Of a DNA stretch of 64,000 nt, positions 26,289 through 35,425 are shown in pieces. How positions within the stretch are numbered: the stretch's first letter is position 1; each line of letters starts with the position of its first letter. A program made the translations under genes and the position numbers. The stretch is taken from positions 28,094 to 92,093 of the forward strand of contig JBBSHM010000001.1 in NCBI GenBank assembly GCA_038253125.1, in the 5' to 3' direction. The DNA is from Acidimicrobiales bacterium. GTDB lineage: Bacteria > Actinomycetota > Acidimicrobiia > Acidimicrobiales > JAUJNH01. The notes beneath the pieces are model-generated. The model saw only the letters and a list, made by a program, of their open reading frames with translations, was not told where the DNA came from and ran no database searches.

Positions 26289-27644
26289 TCAGGCGCGACT
26301 GCGGACCTCTGCGTAGCGGGCCAGGGCTTCGCGGCGTTCGGCGCCGTGGTCGACGATCGGGGCCGGGTAGCCGTGCGGCGGCCCGCCCTCCAGCTTCCAC
26401 GGCTCGAACAGCTGGGGCGGCGCAAGGCTGGCCAGCTCCGGCACGAAGCGGCGGATGTAGGCACCTTGCGGGTCGTGCTGTCGGGCCTGGGTGGTGGGGT
26501 TGAAGACCCGGAAGTAGGGGGCGGGATCGGTGCCGGTGCCGGCCACCCACTGCCAGCCGTGGTTGTTCGAGGCCAGGTCGCCGTCGACGAGGTGGTGCAT
26601 GAACAAGCGAGCCCCTCGGCTCCAGTCGATGTGCAGGTCCTTCACGAGGAAGCTGGCGGCGACGAGGCGTAGGCGGTTGGGCATCCAGGCTTCGGCCAGC
26701 AGCTGGCGCATCCCGGCGTCGACCAGCGGGTAGCCGGTGCGGCCGGTCCTCCAGGCGTCGAAGCGCCGTTCGGCGGCGGCGCCGCTGTCCAGCCTCATCT
26801 CGGTCATGGCCGGCTGCAGCGAACGACGGGCCGTGGCCGGCTGGTGCCACAGGACGTCGGCGTAGAACTCCCTCCACGCCAGCTCGCTGCGCAGCTTCTC
26901 CTGCGCCGGTGACCGTCCCAGCCGGTCGAGGACCTGACGAGGGTGGATGCAGCCGTACTTGAGGTACGGCGAGAGGCGCGTGGTGGCGTCGGCCGCGGGC
27001 TCGTCCCGCCGGGTGTCGTAGGTCGGCGCCGCCCCGGCCAGGAACTGCTCCAGGCGGTCGACGGCGGCCGCCTCGCCCGCTGGCGGCAACGAGGCAGGAA
27101 CGGCGGGCTCGGCCGGCACGCCATCGGACCGCAGGCCCTCCCCCCAGGCGATTCCCGCTGGTGCGGCCAGCGGCGCCGGCCAGCCATGGGCCCTCCACGT
27201 CCGGTAGAAGGGGGTGAAGACAGCGAAGTGCCCACCATCGCCCTTGTGAACGAGGCCGGGCTCGGCGGCGTAGGGCGATCCCACCCGGACGAGGCGATGA
27301 CCGGCGGCGGCCAGGGCCTTGTCCACCGCCTCGTCCCGCTCGTGGCCGTATGGCCCGAAGTCAGCCGACACGAACACCTCGGCGGCACCGGTCTCGCCAG
27401 CAACGGCTGGCACCACCTCGGCCGGGTGGCCCTCCCGCACGACGAGGTTACCGCCGATCGAGGCGTCGAGCGACTTCAGGCACCTGGACAAAAAGGCGAG
27501 GCGGGGCGGGCCCGCCGGCTTGCGGAGCCGAGGATCAGACACGAACAGGGCGACGACGGGGCCACCGCCCGACGCCGCCTGGACCAGGGCCGGGTGGTCG
27601 CCCAGACGGAGGTCCCGCCGGAACCAGATGACGGTGGTCGGCAT
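26289..27644 (-). CDS. phr: deoxyribodipyrimidine photolyase (cryptochrome/photolyase family)
   Basis: TVIWFRRDLRLGDHPAL at the N-terminus; LASNNHGWQWVAGTGTDPAPYFRVFNPTTQ in the FAD-binding domain. Start set at the second Met (27644); ORF-track start is 27680. Confidence 0.9.
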   Translation of the reverse strand: MPTTVIWFRRDLRLGDHPALVQAASGGGPVVALFVSDPRLRKPAGPPRLAFLSRCLKSLDASIGGNLVVREGHPAEVVPAVAGETGAAEVFVSADFGPYGHERDEAVDKALAAAGHRLVRVGSPYAAEPGLVHKGDGGHFAVFTPFYRTWRAHGWPAPLAAPAGIAWGEGLRSDGVPAEPAVPASLPPAGEAAAVDRLEQFLAGAAPTYDTRRDEPAADATTRLSPYLKYGCIHPRQVLDRLGRSPAQEKLRSELAWREFYADVLWHQPATARRSLQPAMTEMRLDSGAAAERRFDAWRTGRTGYPLVDAGMRQLLAEAWMPNRLRLVAASFLVKDLHIDWSRGARLFMHHLVDGDLASNNHGWQWVAGTGTDPAPYFRVFNPTTQARQHDPQGAYIRRFVPELASLAPPQLFEPWKLEGGPPHGYPAPIVDHGAERREALARYAEVRSRA

Positions 27645-27698
27645 CACAGCATCCTGCCCACGCCCTGTTGGGCGAACCATGGGTGACAGACGTGGGCT

Positions 27699-27713
27699 CC
27701 TGCTGACAGCAGG
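27699..27713. repeat. perfect 7-1-7 inverted repeat cctgctg-a-cagcagg in the photolyase/DUF192 divergent intergenic region
   Basis: Read directly from the sequence. It lies about 55 nt upstream of the photolyase start and about 38 nt upstream of the DUF192 start. An operator role is only inferred. Confidence 0.3.
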
Positions 27714-27750
27714 GAGTGGGATGGGCCGCCTCGGCGGTTAGCGTCCCGCC

Positions 27751-28080
27751 GTGGCCTGGCTGGTGCGGGGCGAAGAGGTCCTCTGCCCGCTCGAGGTCGC
27801 CTCGGCCCACATGGCTCGCCTGAGGGGCCTGCTCGGGCGGGACGAGCTCAATGGTGCGCTGCTGCTGCCCGGCTGCCGCAGCGTCCACACCCTCGGCATG
27901 CGCTTCCCGATCGACGTCGCCTTCCTCGGCCGTGGAGGACGTGTGGTGGGCGTGGTGACGCCCATGCGGCGCTGGCGGGTTGGCCGGGCCCGCTGGCGGG
28001 CCCGCCAGGTTCTCGAAGCCGAGGCCGGCGCCTTTGCCCGCTGGCGGATCGCTCCAGGCGACGTGCTGGAGATCCGTTGA
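27751..28080 (+). CDS. DUF192 domain protein
   Basis: LRGLLGRDELNGALLLPGCRSVHTLGMRFPIDVAFL...VLEAEAGAF matches the DUF192 pattern as recalled. Confidence 0.7.
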   Translation: MAWLVRGEEVLCPLEVASAHMARLRGLLGRDELNGALLLPGCRSVHTLGMRFPIDVAFLGRGGRVVGVVTPMRRWRVGRARWRARQVLEAEAGAFARWRIAPGDVLEIR

Positions 28081-28919
28081 GCGGCCGTCTCGTGCTGGTG
28101 GGGACGCCCATCGGCAACCTGGGCGACCTCTCTCCGAGAGCCGTGCAGGTGATCGCCGCCGCCGACGTCGTGTGCTGTGAGGACACTCGCCACAGCCGCA
28201 AGCTGCTGACCCACGCCGGGGTCCAGGCCAGGCGGCTGGTGGCTGTGCACGAGCACAACGAGCAGGAGCAGGCCGGGGCGGTGTTGCGCTGGCTGGCCGA
28301 GGGCAAGGTCGTCGCCGTCATCACCGACGCCGGCCTGCCCGGCATCTCCGACCCCGGCGAGCGGCTGGTGCGGGCCGCCGCCGACGCCGGTCATGTCGTC
28401 GACGTGGTGCCCGGTCCCTCGGCCGTGGTGGCAGGGCTGGTCGTGTCGGGCCTGCCCTCCGGCCGCTTCTGCTTCGAGGGCTTCCTGCCCAGCAAGGGCG
28501 CCGAGCGGGGGCGGCGTCTGGCTGCCGTCGCCGCCGAGGAGCGCACAACCGTGCTGTTCGAGGCGCCTCACCGGCTGGCCGCCACGCTGACCGAGCTGGC
28601 CACCGCCTGTGGGCCTGAACGGTCGTGTGCGGTGGCCCGGGAGCTGACCAAGCTGCACGAGGAGGTGTGGCGCGGGACGCTGGCCACCGCCGCCGACCGG
28701 GCGCGCCAACAACCCCCGCGGGGCGAGCACGTCGTGGTGGTGGGAGGAGCCGAGCCGCCCGAGGTGAGCGATGACGAGGTGGCCATCGCCGTGGACGAGG
28801 CCCGGACCGCCGGCCTGTCGGCCCGCGATGCCGCCGCCGAGGTGGCCGACCGACTGGGGGTGGCGCGAAACCGCGCCTATGCGGCAACTCGCCCCGGGCA
28901 GCCCGGAGCCCGTCGCTAG
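28077..28919 (+). CDS. rsmI: 16S rRNA (cytidine1402-2'-O)-methyltransferase RsmI
   Basis: [40 protein letters not shown]; [13 protein letters not shown]. Confidence 0.9.
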   Translation: MSGRLVLVGTPIGNLGDLSPRAVQVIAAADVVCCEDTRHSRKLLTHAGVQARRLVAVHEHNEQEQAGAVLRWLAEGKVVAVITDAGLPGISDPGERLVRAAADAGHVVDVVPGPSAVVAGLVVSGLPSGRFCFEGFLPSKGAERGRRLAAVAAEERTTVLFEAPHRLAATLTELATACGPERSCAVARELTKLHEEVWRGTLATAADRARQQPPRGEHVVVVGGAEPPEVSDDEVAIAVDEARTAGLSARDAAAEVADRLGVARNRAYAATRPGQPGARR

Positions 28920-28963
28920 GGTCGTCCCGTGTCCTCTCCCGCTCTGCAGGGCCGCTCGGGCCG

Positions 28964-30760
28964 GTGACGGCCCAGCGCATCCTCACCGCCGTGGCGTGGC
29001 CCTACGCCAACGGTCCCCGCCACATCGGTCACGTCGCCGGGTTCGGGGTCCCGTCCGACGTATTCAGCCGCTATCACCGGATGGCCGGCGACGACGTGCT
29101 GATGGTCAGCGGCACCGACGAGCACGGCACGCCGATCCTGGTGCAGGCCGACCAGGAGGGCGTCGGGCCCCGAGAGCTGGCCGATCGGTACAACCGGGTG
29201 ATCGCCGAGGACCTGCAGGGGCTCGGGCTGGCCTATGACCTGTTCACCCGCACCACGACCCGCAACCACGAGGCGGTGGTGCAGGAGGTCTTCCTCGGCC
29301 TGTACCGCAACGGCTACATCCAGGCCCGACCGTCGAAGGGCGCCATCTCCCCGTCCACCGGCCGCACGCTGCCCGACCGCTACATCGAGGGCACCTGCCC
29401 CCACTGCAGCTACGACGGCGCCCGCGGCGACCAGTGCGACAACTGCGGACGCCAGCTGGACCCCACCGACCTCATCAACCCCCGCTCGAAGATCAACGGT
29501 GAGGTGCCCGAGTTCGTCGAGACCGATCACCTGTTCCTTGACCTGCCGGCGTTCGCCGAGGCCCTCGGAAGCTGGCTCCAGAGCCGCACCGACTGGCGGC
29601 CGAACGTCTTGGCGTTCTCGACGAACCTGCTTCCCGACCTGAAGCCGCGAGCCATCAGCCGCGACATCGACTGGGGGGTGAAGGTCCCGCTCGACGGCTG
29701 GCGTGACCGCCCCGACAAGCGTCTGTACGTCTGGTTCGACGCCGTGATCGGCTACCTGTCGGCGTCGATCGAGTGGGCCCGCCGCCGAGGCGAACCCGAC
29801 GCCTGGCGGGCCTGGTGGCAGGACCCTGACGCCCGCGCCTACTACTTCATGGGCAAGGACAACGTGGTCTTCCACACCGTCATCTGGCCGTCGCTGCTGC
29901 TCGGCTACGGCGGCCACGGCGACCATGGCGGCAGCCCCGGCCAGCTGGGTGAGCTGGGCCTGCCCGCCGAGGTCGTGTCGAGCGAGTTCCTCACCATGGA
30001 GGGCCGCAAGTTCAGCTCGTCCAAGGGCGTGGTGATCTACGTGCGCGACGTGCTCGAGCGCTACGGGCCCGACCCGCTGCGCTACCACCTGGCCATCGCC
30101 GGTCCCGAGAACCAGGACACCGACTTCACCTGGGCCGAGTTCGTGCGCCGCAACAACGAGGAGCTGGTGGCGGCCTGGGGCAACCTGGTGAACCGCACCG
30201 TGTCGATGACGGCCAAGAACCTGGGCGCCATCCCCGAGGCCGGTGAGCTGACCGACATCGACCACGCCGTCCTGGCCACCGCCGAGGCCGGCTTCGCCGA
30301 GGTCGGCGGCCTGCTGGAGAAGAGCCGGCAGAAGGCGGCGATCGGCAAGGCCATGGCGGTGGTGTTCGCCGCCAACAAGTACCTGTCCGACACCGAACCG
30401 TGGAAGCTGCGCACAGCCGATCCGGCTCGCATGGCCACGGTCCTGCACGTGGCGCTGCAGGTGGTGGACGACGCCAAGGCCCTCCTCACCCCGTTCCTGC
30501 CGCACTCGGCCCAGAAGGTGCACGAGCAGCTGGGCGGCGTCGGCACCTGGTCGTCCATGCCCGAGATGGTCGAGGTCGACGAGGACGGGGGTACCCCCTA
30601 CCAGGTGCTCACCGGCGACCACGCCGCCGCCGCCGCCACCTGGAGCCGGGTGTCGATCGTGCCCGGCACACCGCTGGCGCCGCCCACCCCGGTCTTTGCC
30701 AAGCTCGAGCCGTCGGTGGTCGACGACGAGCTGGCCCGGCTGGCCGAAGAGGCAGGCTGA
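28964..30760 (+). CDS. metG: methionine--tRNA ligase
   Basis: [16 protein letters not shown] (HIGH region); Cys knuckles [18 protein letters not shown]; KFSSSKG (KMSKS). Confidence 0.95.
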   Translation: MTAQRILTAVAWPYANGPRHIGHVAGFGVPSDVFSRYHRMAGDDVLMVSGTDEHGTPILVQADQEGVGPRELADRYNRVIAEDLQGLGLAYDLFTRTTTRNHEAVVQEVFLGLYRNGYIQARPSKGAISPSTGRTLPDRYIEGTCPHCSYDGARGDQCDNCGRQLDPTDLINPRSKINGEVPEFVETDHLFLDLPAFAEALGSWLQSRTDWRPNVLAFSTNLLPDLKPRAISRDIDWGVKVPLDGWRDRPDKRLYVWFDAVIGYLSASIEWARRRGEPDAWRAWWQDPDARAYYFMGKDNVVFHTVIWPSLLLGYGGHGDHGGSPGQLGELGLPAEVVSSEFLTMEGRKFSSSKGVVIYVRDVLERYGPDPLRYHLAIAGPENQDTDFTWAEFVRRNNEELVAAWGNLVNRTVSMTAKNLGAIPEAGELTDIDHAVLATAEAGFAEVGGLLEKSRQKAAIGKAMAVVFAANKYLSDTEPWKLRTADPARMATVLHVALQVVDDAKALLTPFLPHSAQKVHEQLGGVGTWSSMPEMVEVDEDGGTPYQVLTGDHAAAAATWSRVSIVPGTPLAPPTPVFAKLEPSVVDDELARLAEEAG

Positions 30761-30768
30761 GGAGCCGC

Positions 30769-31560
30769 GTGGGCTGGGTCGACTCGCACTGCCACGTGCC
30801 CTACGACGAGGGCCGGTTCCAGTTGGGCGAGGACGTGCTCGACCAGGCCCGGGCCGCCGGCGTCTCCGGCTTCGTCACCGTCGGCACCGACCGGGCCCAG
30901 TCGTTGGCTGCCATCGACGTAGCCGGTCGTCACCCCGATGTGTGGGCCACCGTCGGACTGCACCCCCACGACGCCAGCCGTGGGACGGCCACGGTGGCCG
31001 ACCTCCTCGACCGGCCCCGGGTGGTCGCCGTCGGCGAGTGCGGGCTGGATTACCACTACGACCACTCGCCCCGCGACGTCCAGCGCACCGCCTTCGCCGA
31101 GCAGGTGGCGTGGGCCGTCGAGCGTGACCTGGCCCTGGTGATCCACACCCGGTCGGCGTGGGACGACACCTTCGCCGTGCTGGCCGAGGCCGGCGTCCCC
31201 GGGCGCACCGTCTTCCACTGCTTCACGGGTGGCCCCGACGAGGCGCGGCGGGCGCTCGACGTGGGCGGCCACCTCAGCTTCAGCGGCATCGCCACCTTCC
31301 CGGGCGCCCCGGAGGTGCGGGCCGCCGCCGCCCTCTGCCCGGCCGACCGGCTGCTCGTCGAGACCGACGCCCCCTACCTGGCCCCGGTGCCCCACCGGGG
31401 CAGGCCGAACACCCCGGCCTGGGTCCCGGTGGTCGGCGCGGCGATCGCCGCCGCCCGAGGCGAGCCGGTCGAGGCGGTCGAGGAGGTGACGGCGGCGAAC
31501 GCCCGCCGGGTCTTCTGTCTGCCGCCGCCCGTCTTGCCGCCGTCCTCGCTTCTTCGGTAG
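30769..31560 (+). CDS. tatD: TatD-family metal-dependent hydrolase
   Basis: GTG 30769 gives VGWVDSHCHV...; VAVGECGLDYHYD; VIHTRSAWDD; HCFTGG; ETDAPYLAPVPHRGRPNTP. The upstream part of ORF 30400..31560 overlaps metG out of frame. Confidence 0.85.
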   Translation: MGWVDSHCHVPYDEGRFQLGEDVLDQARAAGVSGFVTVGTDRAQSLAAIDVAGRHPDVWATVGLHPHDASRGTATVADLLDRPRVVAVGECGLDYHYDHSPRDVQRTAFAEQVAWAVERDLALVIHTRSAWDDTFAVLAEAGVPGRTVFHCFTGGPDEARRALDVGGHLSFSGIATFPGAPEVRAAAALCPADRLLVETDAPYLAPVPHRGRPNTPAWVPVVGAAIAAARGEPVEAVEEVTAANARRVFCLPPPVLPPSSLLR

Positions 31561-31716
31561 GTTCTCCGTCACCGCCCGAGCGCCTGGCTCTTCTCGTCGC
31601 GTCCTGACCTTGGTCCTGAACGCGCCTCGACCGTGCTTGCCGGCTGGTGACCCTGCCCCCGATGCCAAGAGGCGCGCCTTCTGCCGACTTCACCCGCACC
31701 CGACATCCGCAAGCCG

Positions 31717-32466
31717 GTGATCGCCCTCGCCCTGTGCGGGGCGGTGCTCCTGGTCCCCCTGGCCCTGTCGGTGCCCGGGGGTGCTCCCGGGCCCCGGACG
31801 GAGGTGGTGCTGGCCGCTGGCGTGCCGTCGGGCGAAGCGCCCGACGAGGCGGGCGGGCCACCAGCCGATCCGGACCAGGCCGAGGCTCCCGCTCAGGCCG
31901 ATGGAGCGGCGGTGAGCATCGACGGGCCGACCGGCTCGCGGCACCCGCTCACCTCACTTCACGCCGACGCCCGGACGGCCAGCACCGGCCGGAACCGGCC
32001 GGCGGCGCTCACGGCCAGGTCCACGACCAGCACGACCACCCAGGCGAAGACCGGGCCGGCCACCACCGTTGAGGCCCAACCGTCGGTGGCCGTCAGGGCC
32101 GCCTCCATCGCTGCCGGGCCGCCGGCCAAGCCTGCGCCTCCGCCTCCTGCGCCTCCTCCGCCGCCTCCGCCTCCTCCGCCGCCTCGTCCCTCCCCGCCGC
32201 CGACCCGTCCGCCGGCCGTGCCCACCCCGGCCGGCGGCAGCGTGTGGGACCGCCTGGCGCAGTGCGAGTCGGGCAACACCAACGACGGCAGCGGCCCCTA
32301 CTACGGCTACTGGCAGTTCAGCGCCGACACATGGCTGAACATGGGCGAATCCGGCCTCCCGAACGACTTCAGCCGCGACCATCAGCTGTCGGTCGCCCAA
32401 CGGCTGCAGGCGACCAGCGGCTGGGGGGCGTGGCCCGCATGCTCGGCCCGCCTGGGCCTGCGGTAG
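31717..32466 (+). CDS. resuscitation-promoting-factor-like secreted transglycosylase
   Basis: Signal-like N-terminus, long Pro-rich linker, and C-terminal Rpf domain VWDRLAQCESGNTNDGSGPYYGYWQFSADTW...GWGAWPACSARLGL. Confidence 0.8.
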   Translation: MIALALCGAVLLVPLALSVPGGAPGPRTEVVLAAGVPSGEAPDEAGGPPADPDQAEAPAQADGAAVSIDGPTGSRHPLTSLHADARTASTGRNRPAALTARSTTSTTTQAKTGPATTVEAQPSVAVRAASIAAGPPAKPAPPPPAPPPPPPPPPPPRPSPPPTRPPAVPTPAGGSVWDRLAQCESGNTNDGSGPYYGYWQFSADTWLNMGESGLPNDFSRDHQLSVAQRLQATSGWGAWPACSARLGLR

Positions 32467-32479
32467 ACCTCATGAGCGC

Positions 32480-33301
32480 GTGACCCTGAGCCGGGGTCAG
32501 GTGCTTGGGCTGCTCGAGGCGAACGGCCTGCGGCCGAGCAGGGCTCTCGGCCAGAACTTCGTGGTGGATCCCAACACCGTGCGGCGCATCGCCCGCCTGG
32601 CCGGCGTCGGCCCCGGCGACCGGGTGGTCGAGGTCGGCGCCGGCCTCGGCAGCCTCACCCTGGCGCTGGCACAGACGGGCGCCGAGGTGACGGCGATCGA
32701 GATCGACCGCCACCTCCTGCGGTTGCTCGCCGAGGTGGTCGAGCCGGCAGGCGTGCGGGTTGTCGCCGGCGACGCCACCGTCCTCGACTGGGCCGCCCTG
32801 CTCGGAGACCAGCGATGGCACCTAGTGGCCAACCTGCCCTACAACGTGGCGACGTCGCTCGTGTGCGACCTCCTCGACGGCGTTCCCGCCATCAGCGACC
32901 TGCTGGTGATGGTGCAGCGCGAGGTGGGCGAGCGGCTCGCCGCCGGCCCGGGTAGCGGCGCCTACGGTGCGGTGTCGGTGAAGGTGCGCTACTGGGCGAC
33001 GGCGAAGGTGGTGGGCAAGGTGCCCGCCTCGGTGTTCGTGCCCCGTCCCAACGTCGAGTCTGCGCTCGTCCGCATCGTCCGCCACCCGCTGGGGCCGGCG
33101 GTGGACCCGGCCATCGTCGGAGCAGACCGCCTCTTCCAGGTGGTGCGGGCCGGCTTCGCCCACCGCCGCAAGATGCTGCGCGGCACGCTGGCCGGCGTCG
33201 TCGATCCCGCCGCCTTCGCCACGGCGGGTGTGGCCGAGACGGCCCGCGCCGAGGAGCTGGACATCGACGCCTGGGGGCGCCTGGCTGCCTTCGTGCCATG
33301 A
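32480..33301 (+). CDS. rsmA: 16S rRNA (adenine1518/1519-N6)-dimethyltransferase
   Basis: LGQNFVVDPNTVRRIA, VVEVGAGLGSLTLAL, LVANLPYNVAT. Confidence 0.9.
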   Translation: MTLSRGQVLGLLEANGLRPSRALGQNFVVDPNTVRRIARLAGVGPGDRVVEVGAGLGSLTLALAQTGAEVTAIEIDRHLLRLLAEVVEPAGVRVVAGDATVLDWAALLGDQRWHLVANLPYNVATSLVCDLLDGVPAISDLLVMVQREVGERLAAGPGSGAYGAVSVKVRYWATAKVVGKVPASVFVPRPNVESALVRIVRHPLGPAVDPAIVGADRLFQVVRAGFAHRRKMLRGTLAGVVDPAAFATAGVAETARAEELDIDAWGRLAAFVP

Positions 33302-34020
33302 CCGGCATCACGCTTCTGGCGCCGGCCAAGCTGACGCTGTCGCTGCGGATCACCGGCCGGCGCGACGACGGCTACCACCTCCTCGACGCCGAGATGGTGT
33401 CGCTCGACCTGGCCGACCGGCTGACCTTCAGCTCCGGCGACGGCCTGGAGCTGGTGGGCGCCGCCCCCGACGTGCCGCTCGGTCCTCAGAACCTGGTGAA
33501 CCGGGCGCTGCGGGCCGTCGATCGCCATGCGCACGTGCGGGTCGACAAGCGCATCCCGAGCGGCGCCGGCCTCGGCGGCGGCTCGGCCGACGCCGCATGC
33601 GTCCTGCGCTGGGCCGGGGTGGCCGACCTGGCGCTGGCCGCCTCGCTCGGCGCCGACGTCGCCTTCTGCCTGGCGGGCGGCCGGGCCCGGGTGCGGGGCA
33701 TCGGCGAACTGGTGGAGCCGCTGCCGGTGGAAGGGCTGGCCGGATGGGCGTGGACGTTGCTGACGCCGCCGCTAGCGGTGTCCACACCCGCCGTCTACCG
33801 GGCATGGGACGACCTCGGCGGGCCGACGGCTGACGGTCCGAACGACCTAGAGCCTGCGGCGCTCGCCGTGGCGCCCGAGCTGGCTGAATGGCGGGACCGC
33901 CTCCTCGAGGCCACCGGCGTCGAGCCGGTGCTCGCCGGCAGCGGCGGAACCTGGTTCGTCGACGGAGCCTTCGAGGGCGAGGGCCTCGTGGTGGTGAGGC
34001 CTGCGGGGCTGGCGGGCTAG
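33298..34020 (+). CDS. ispE: 4-diphosphocytidyl-2-C-methyl-D-erythritol kinase
   Basis: APAKLTLSLRITGRRDDGYHLL; GHMP motif KRIPSGAGLGGGSADAA; ATGA overlap with rsmA. Compact at 240 aa. Confidence 0.85.
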   Translation: MTGITLLAPAKLTLSLRITGRRDDGYHLLDAEMVSLDLADRLTFSSGDGLELVGAAPDVPLGPQNLVNRALRAVDRHAHVRVDKRIPSGAGLGGGSADAACVLRWAGVADLALAASLGADVAFCLAGGRARVRGIGELVEPLPVEGLAGWAWTLLTPPLAVSTPAVYRAWDDLGGPTADGPNDLEPAALAVAPELAEWRDRLLEATGVEPVLAGSGGTWFVDGAFEGEGLVVVRPAGLAG

Positions 34021-34028
34021 CTGGCCGG

Positions 34029-34130
34029 CTACTTGCCGGCGGCCCGGCGCTGCCAGCGCGTCTTCTTCAGCATCTTCTTGTGCTTCTTCTTCCGCATGCG
34101 TTTGCGGCGTTTCTTGATCAGCGAACCCAT
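34029..34130 (-). CDS. 33-aa basic protein, bS22-type small ribosomal protein (Rv0500B-like)
   Basis: [33 protein letters not shown] is almost identical in pattern to mycobacterial bS22 ([33 protein letters not shown], recalled). It forms only the last 33 codons of ORF-track 34029..34727. Confidence 0.8.
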   Translation of the reverse strand: [33 protein letters not shown]

Positions 34131-34181
34131 GAGGCTTGGCAGGGTAGCGGGCCGGACGGCCGGTACGCTCGCCCGTCGCCT

Positions 34182-34253
34182 TCGGGGGTCGTCCAAATGG
34201 CAGGACCCGAGATTTTGGATCTCGTTATCAGCGTTCGATCCGCTGCCCCCGAG
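34182..34253 (+). tRNA. tRNA-Gln (anticodon TTG)
   Basis: Hand fold: acceptor tcggggg/cccccga (U1:A72); D arm gtcc-aaatggca-ggac; anticodon arm cgaga-TTTTGGA-tctcg; 4-nt variable loop; T arm cagcg-ttcgatc-cgctg; discriminator G. No CCA encoded. Confidence 0.85.
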
Positions 34254-34296
34254 CCCGTCCACCCCGTGGCCGGCCCCACGGGGTAGACCTTCGGTC

Positions 34297-35403
34297 ATGC
34301 GTCCAGTTTCCGCGGTCGTCCTGGCGGCCGGTGAGGGCACCAGGATGCGCTCCGCCCGCCCCAAGCCGCTGCACCGCCTGTGCGGCCGGCCGATGGTCTT
34401 GCGCGTGCTCGACGCTCTGGCCGAACTCAAGGTCGACCGGGCCGTGGTGGTGGTCGGCCACGCCGCCGACCGGGTCAGCAAGGCGCTGGGTGAGCAGGCG
34501 CCGCCCGGGCTCACCCTCGAGCTGGTCGAGCAGCAGGTGCAGGCCGGGACGGGCGACGCCCTGAGCGTGGCGATGAGCGCCTTCGTCGGTGCCGATGACG
34601 ACCTTGACCCCGAGCACGAAGGTGACCTGATCGTGCTGCCGGGGGACACCCCGCTGCTGCGCCCCTCGACGCTGGCGGCCCTGGTCGAGCGCCACCGGGC
34701 CGACGGCAGCTCGGCCACCGTGCTCACCGCCCGCCTGGCCGACCCGACGGGCTACGGACGTGTGGTGCGGGGCCGCAACGGGGGCGTCGCCCGCATCGTC
34801 GAGCAGCGCGACGCCACCGACGAGGAGGCGGCCATCGACGAGGTGAACGTGGGCATCTACGTCTTCCGCCGCGGCCTGGTGGCGCCGACGCTGCGCCGCC
34901 TCACGCCGTCGAACGCCCAGGGCGAGTACTACCTGACCGACACCATCGAGGTGCTGGCCCGGGCCGGCTACAAGGTCGGCTCGGTCGTGATTGACGAGGC
35001 GCTGGAGGGAGCCGGGGTCAACGACCGGGTCCAGCTGGCGGCCGCCGAGGCCGAGCTGCGACGCCGCATCAACGAGCGGTGGATGCGCCGGGGGGTGACG
35101 ATGATCGACCCCGGGCGCACCTACCTCGACACCACGGTGCAGCTGGCCGCCGACGTGTGCCTCCACCCCGGAACGATCCTGCAGGGCCGCACCGTGGTCG
35201 ACGCCGGCGCCGAGATCGGTCCCGACACCCGGCTGACCGACTGCCTCGTCGGCGCCGGCGCCGTGGTCGAGCACGTGGTGGGGCACCAGGCCACGATCGG
35301 GCCGGGAGCCCGCGTCGGCCCCTTCGTCGTGCTGGCGCCGGGGAGCTCGGTGGCGGTCGATGCGATCACCGGGTCACACTTGGTCGTCACCCCCGAAACC
35401 TGA
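34297..35403 (+). CDS. glmU: GlmU-like UDP-GlcNAc pyrophosphorylase with truncated left-handed beta-helix (368 aa)
   Basis: AVVLAAGEGTRMRSARPKPLH, EQQVQAGTGDA, GEYYLTD, then hexapeptide repeats that end at ...AITGSHLVVTPET-stop, immediately before prs. Confidence 0.8.
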   Translation: MRPVSAVVLAAGEGTRMRSARPKPLHRLCGRPMVLRVLDALAELKVDRAVVVVGHAADRVSKALGEQAPPGLTLELVEQQVQAGTGDALSVAMSAFVGADDDLDPEHEGDLIVLPGDTPLLRPSTLAALVERHRADGSSATVLTARLADPTGYGRVVRGRNGGVARIVEQRDATDEEAAIDEVNVGIYVFRRGLVAPTLRRLTPSNAQGEYYLTDTIEVLARAGYKVGSVVIDEALEGAGVNDRVQLAAAEAELRRRINERWMRRGVTMIDPGRTYLDTTVQLAADVCLHPGTILQGRTVVDAGAEIGPDTRLTDCLVGAGAVVEHVVGHQATIGPGARVGPFVVLAPGSSVAVDAITGSHLVVTPET

Positions 35404-35425
35404 GCGGAGGCCGCCCCCAGTGCCG

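Noticed and set aside
31561-31716. Possible ydaO-type (c-di-AMP) riboswitch upstream of the rpf-like gene, and likewise upstream of the NlpC/P60 gene at 59405-59458.
   Set aside because: Such riboswitches often precede rpf and cell-wall hydrolase genes. Here only loose resemblance is seen (ggtgaccc, acccgacatccgcaagc). The conserved GGGGUGAAUC and CAGCUAAC elements are absent, and the NlpC/P60 leader is too short. A cmsearch with RF00379 would settle it.
32120-32220. cctccgcc-type nucleotide periodicity.
   Set aside because: It simply encodes the poly-proline linker (PPPAPPPPPPPPPPPRPSPPP) of the Rpf-like protein and is not an independent repeat element.
34029-34727. 232-aa minus ORF and the 5' extension of the 34033..35403 plus ORF treated as real proteins.
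   Set aside because: Only the last 33 codons (bS22-type) look genuine. The remainder overlaps tRNA-Gln and glmU. The glmU conserved N-terminus starts at ATG 34297.
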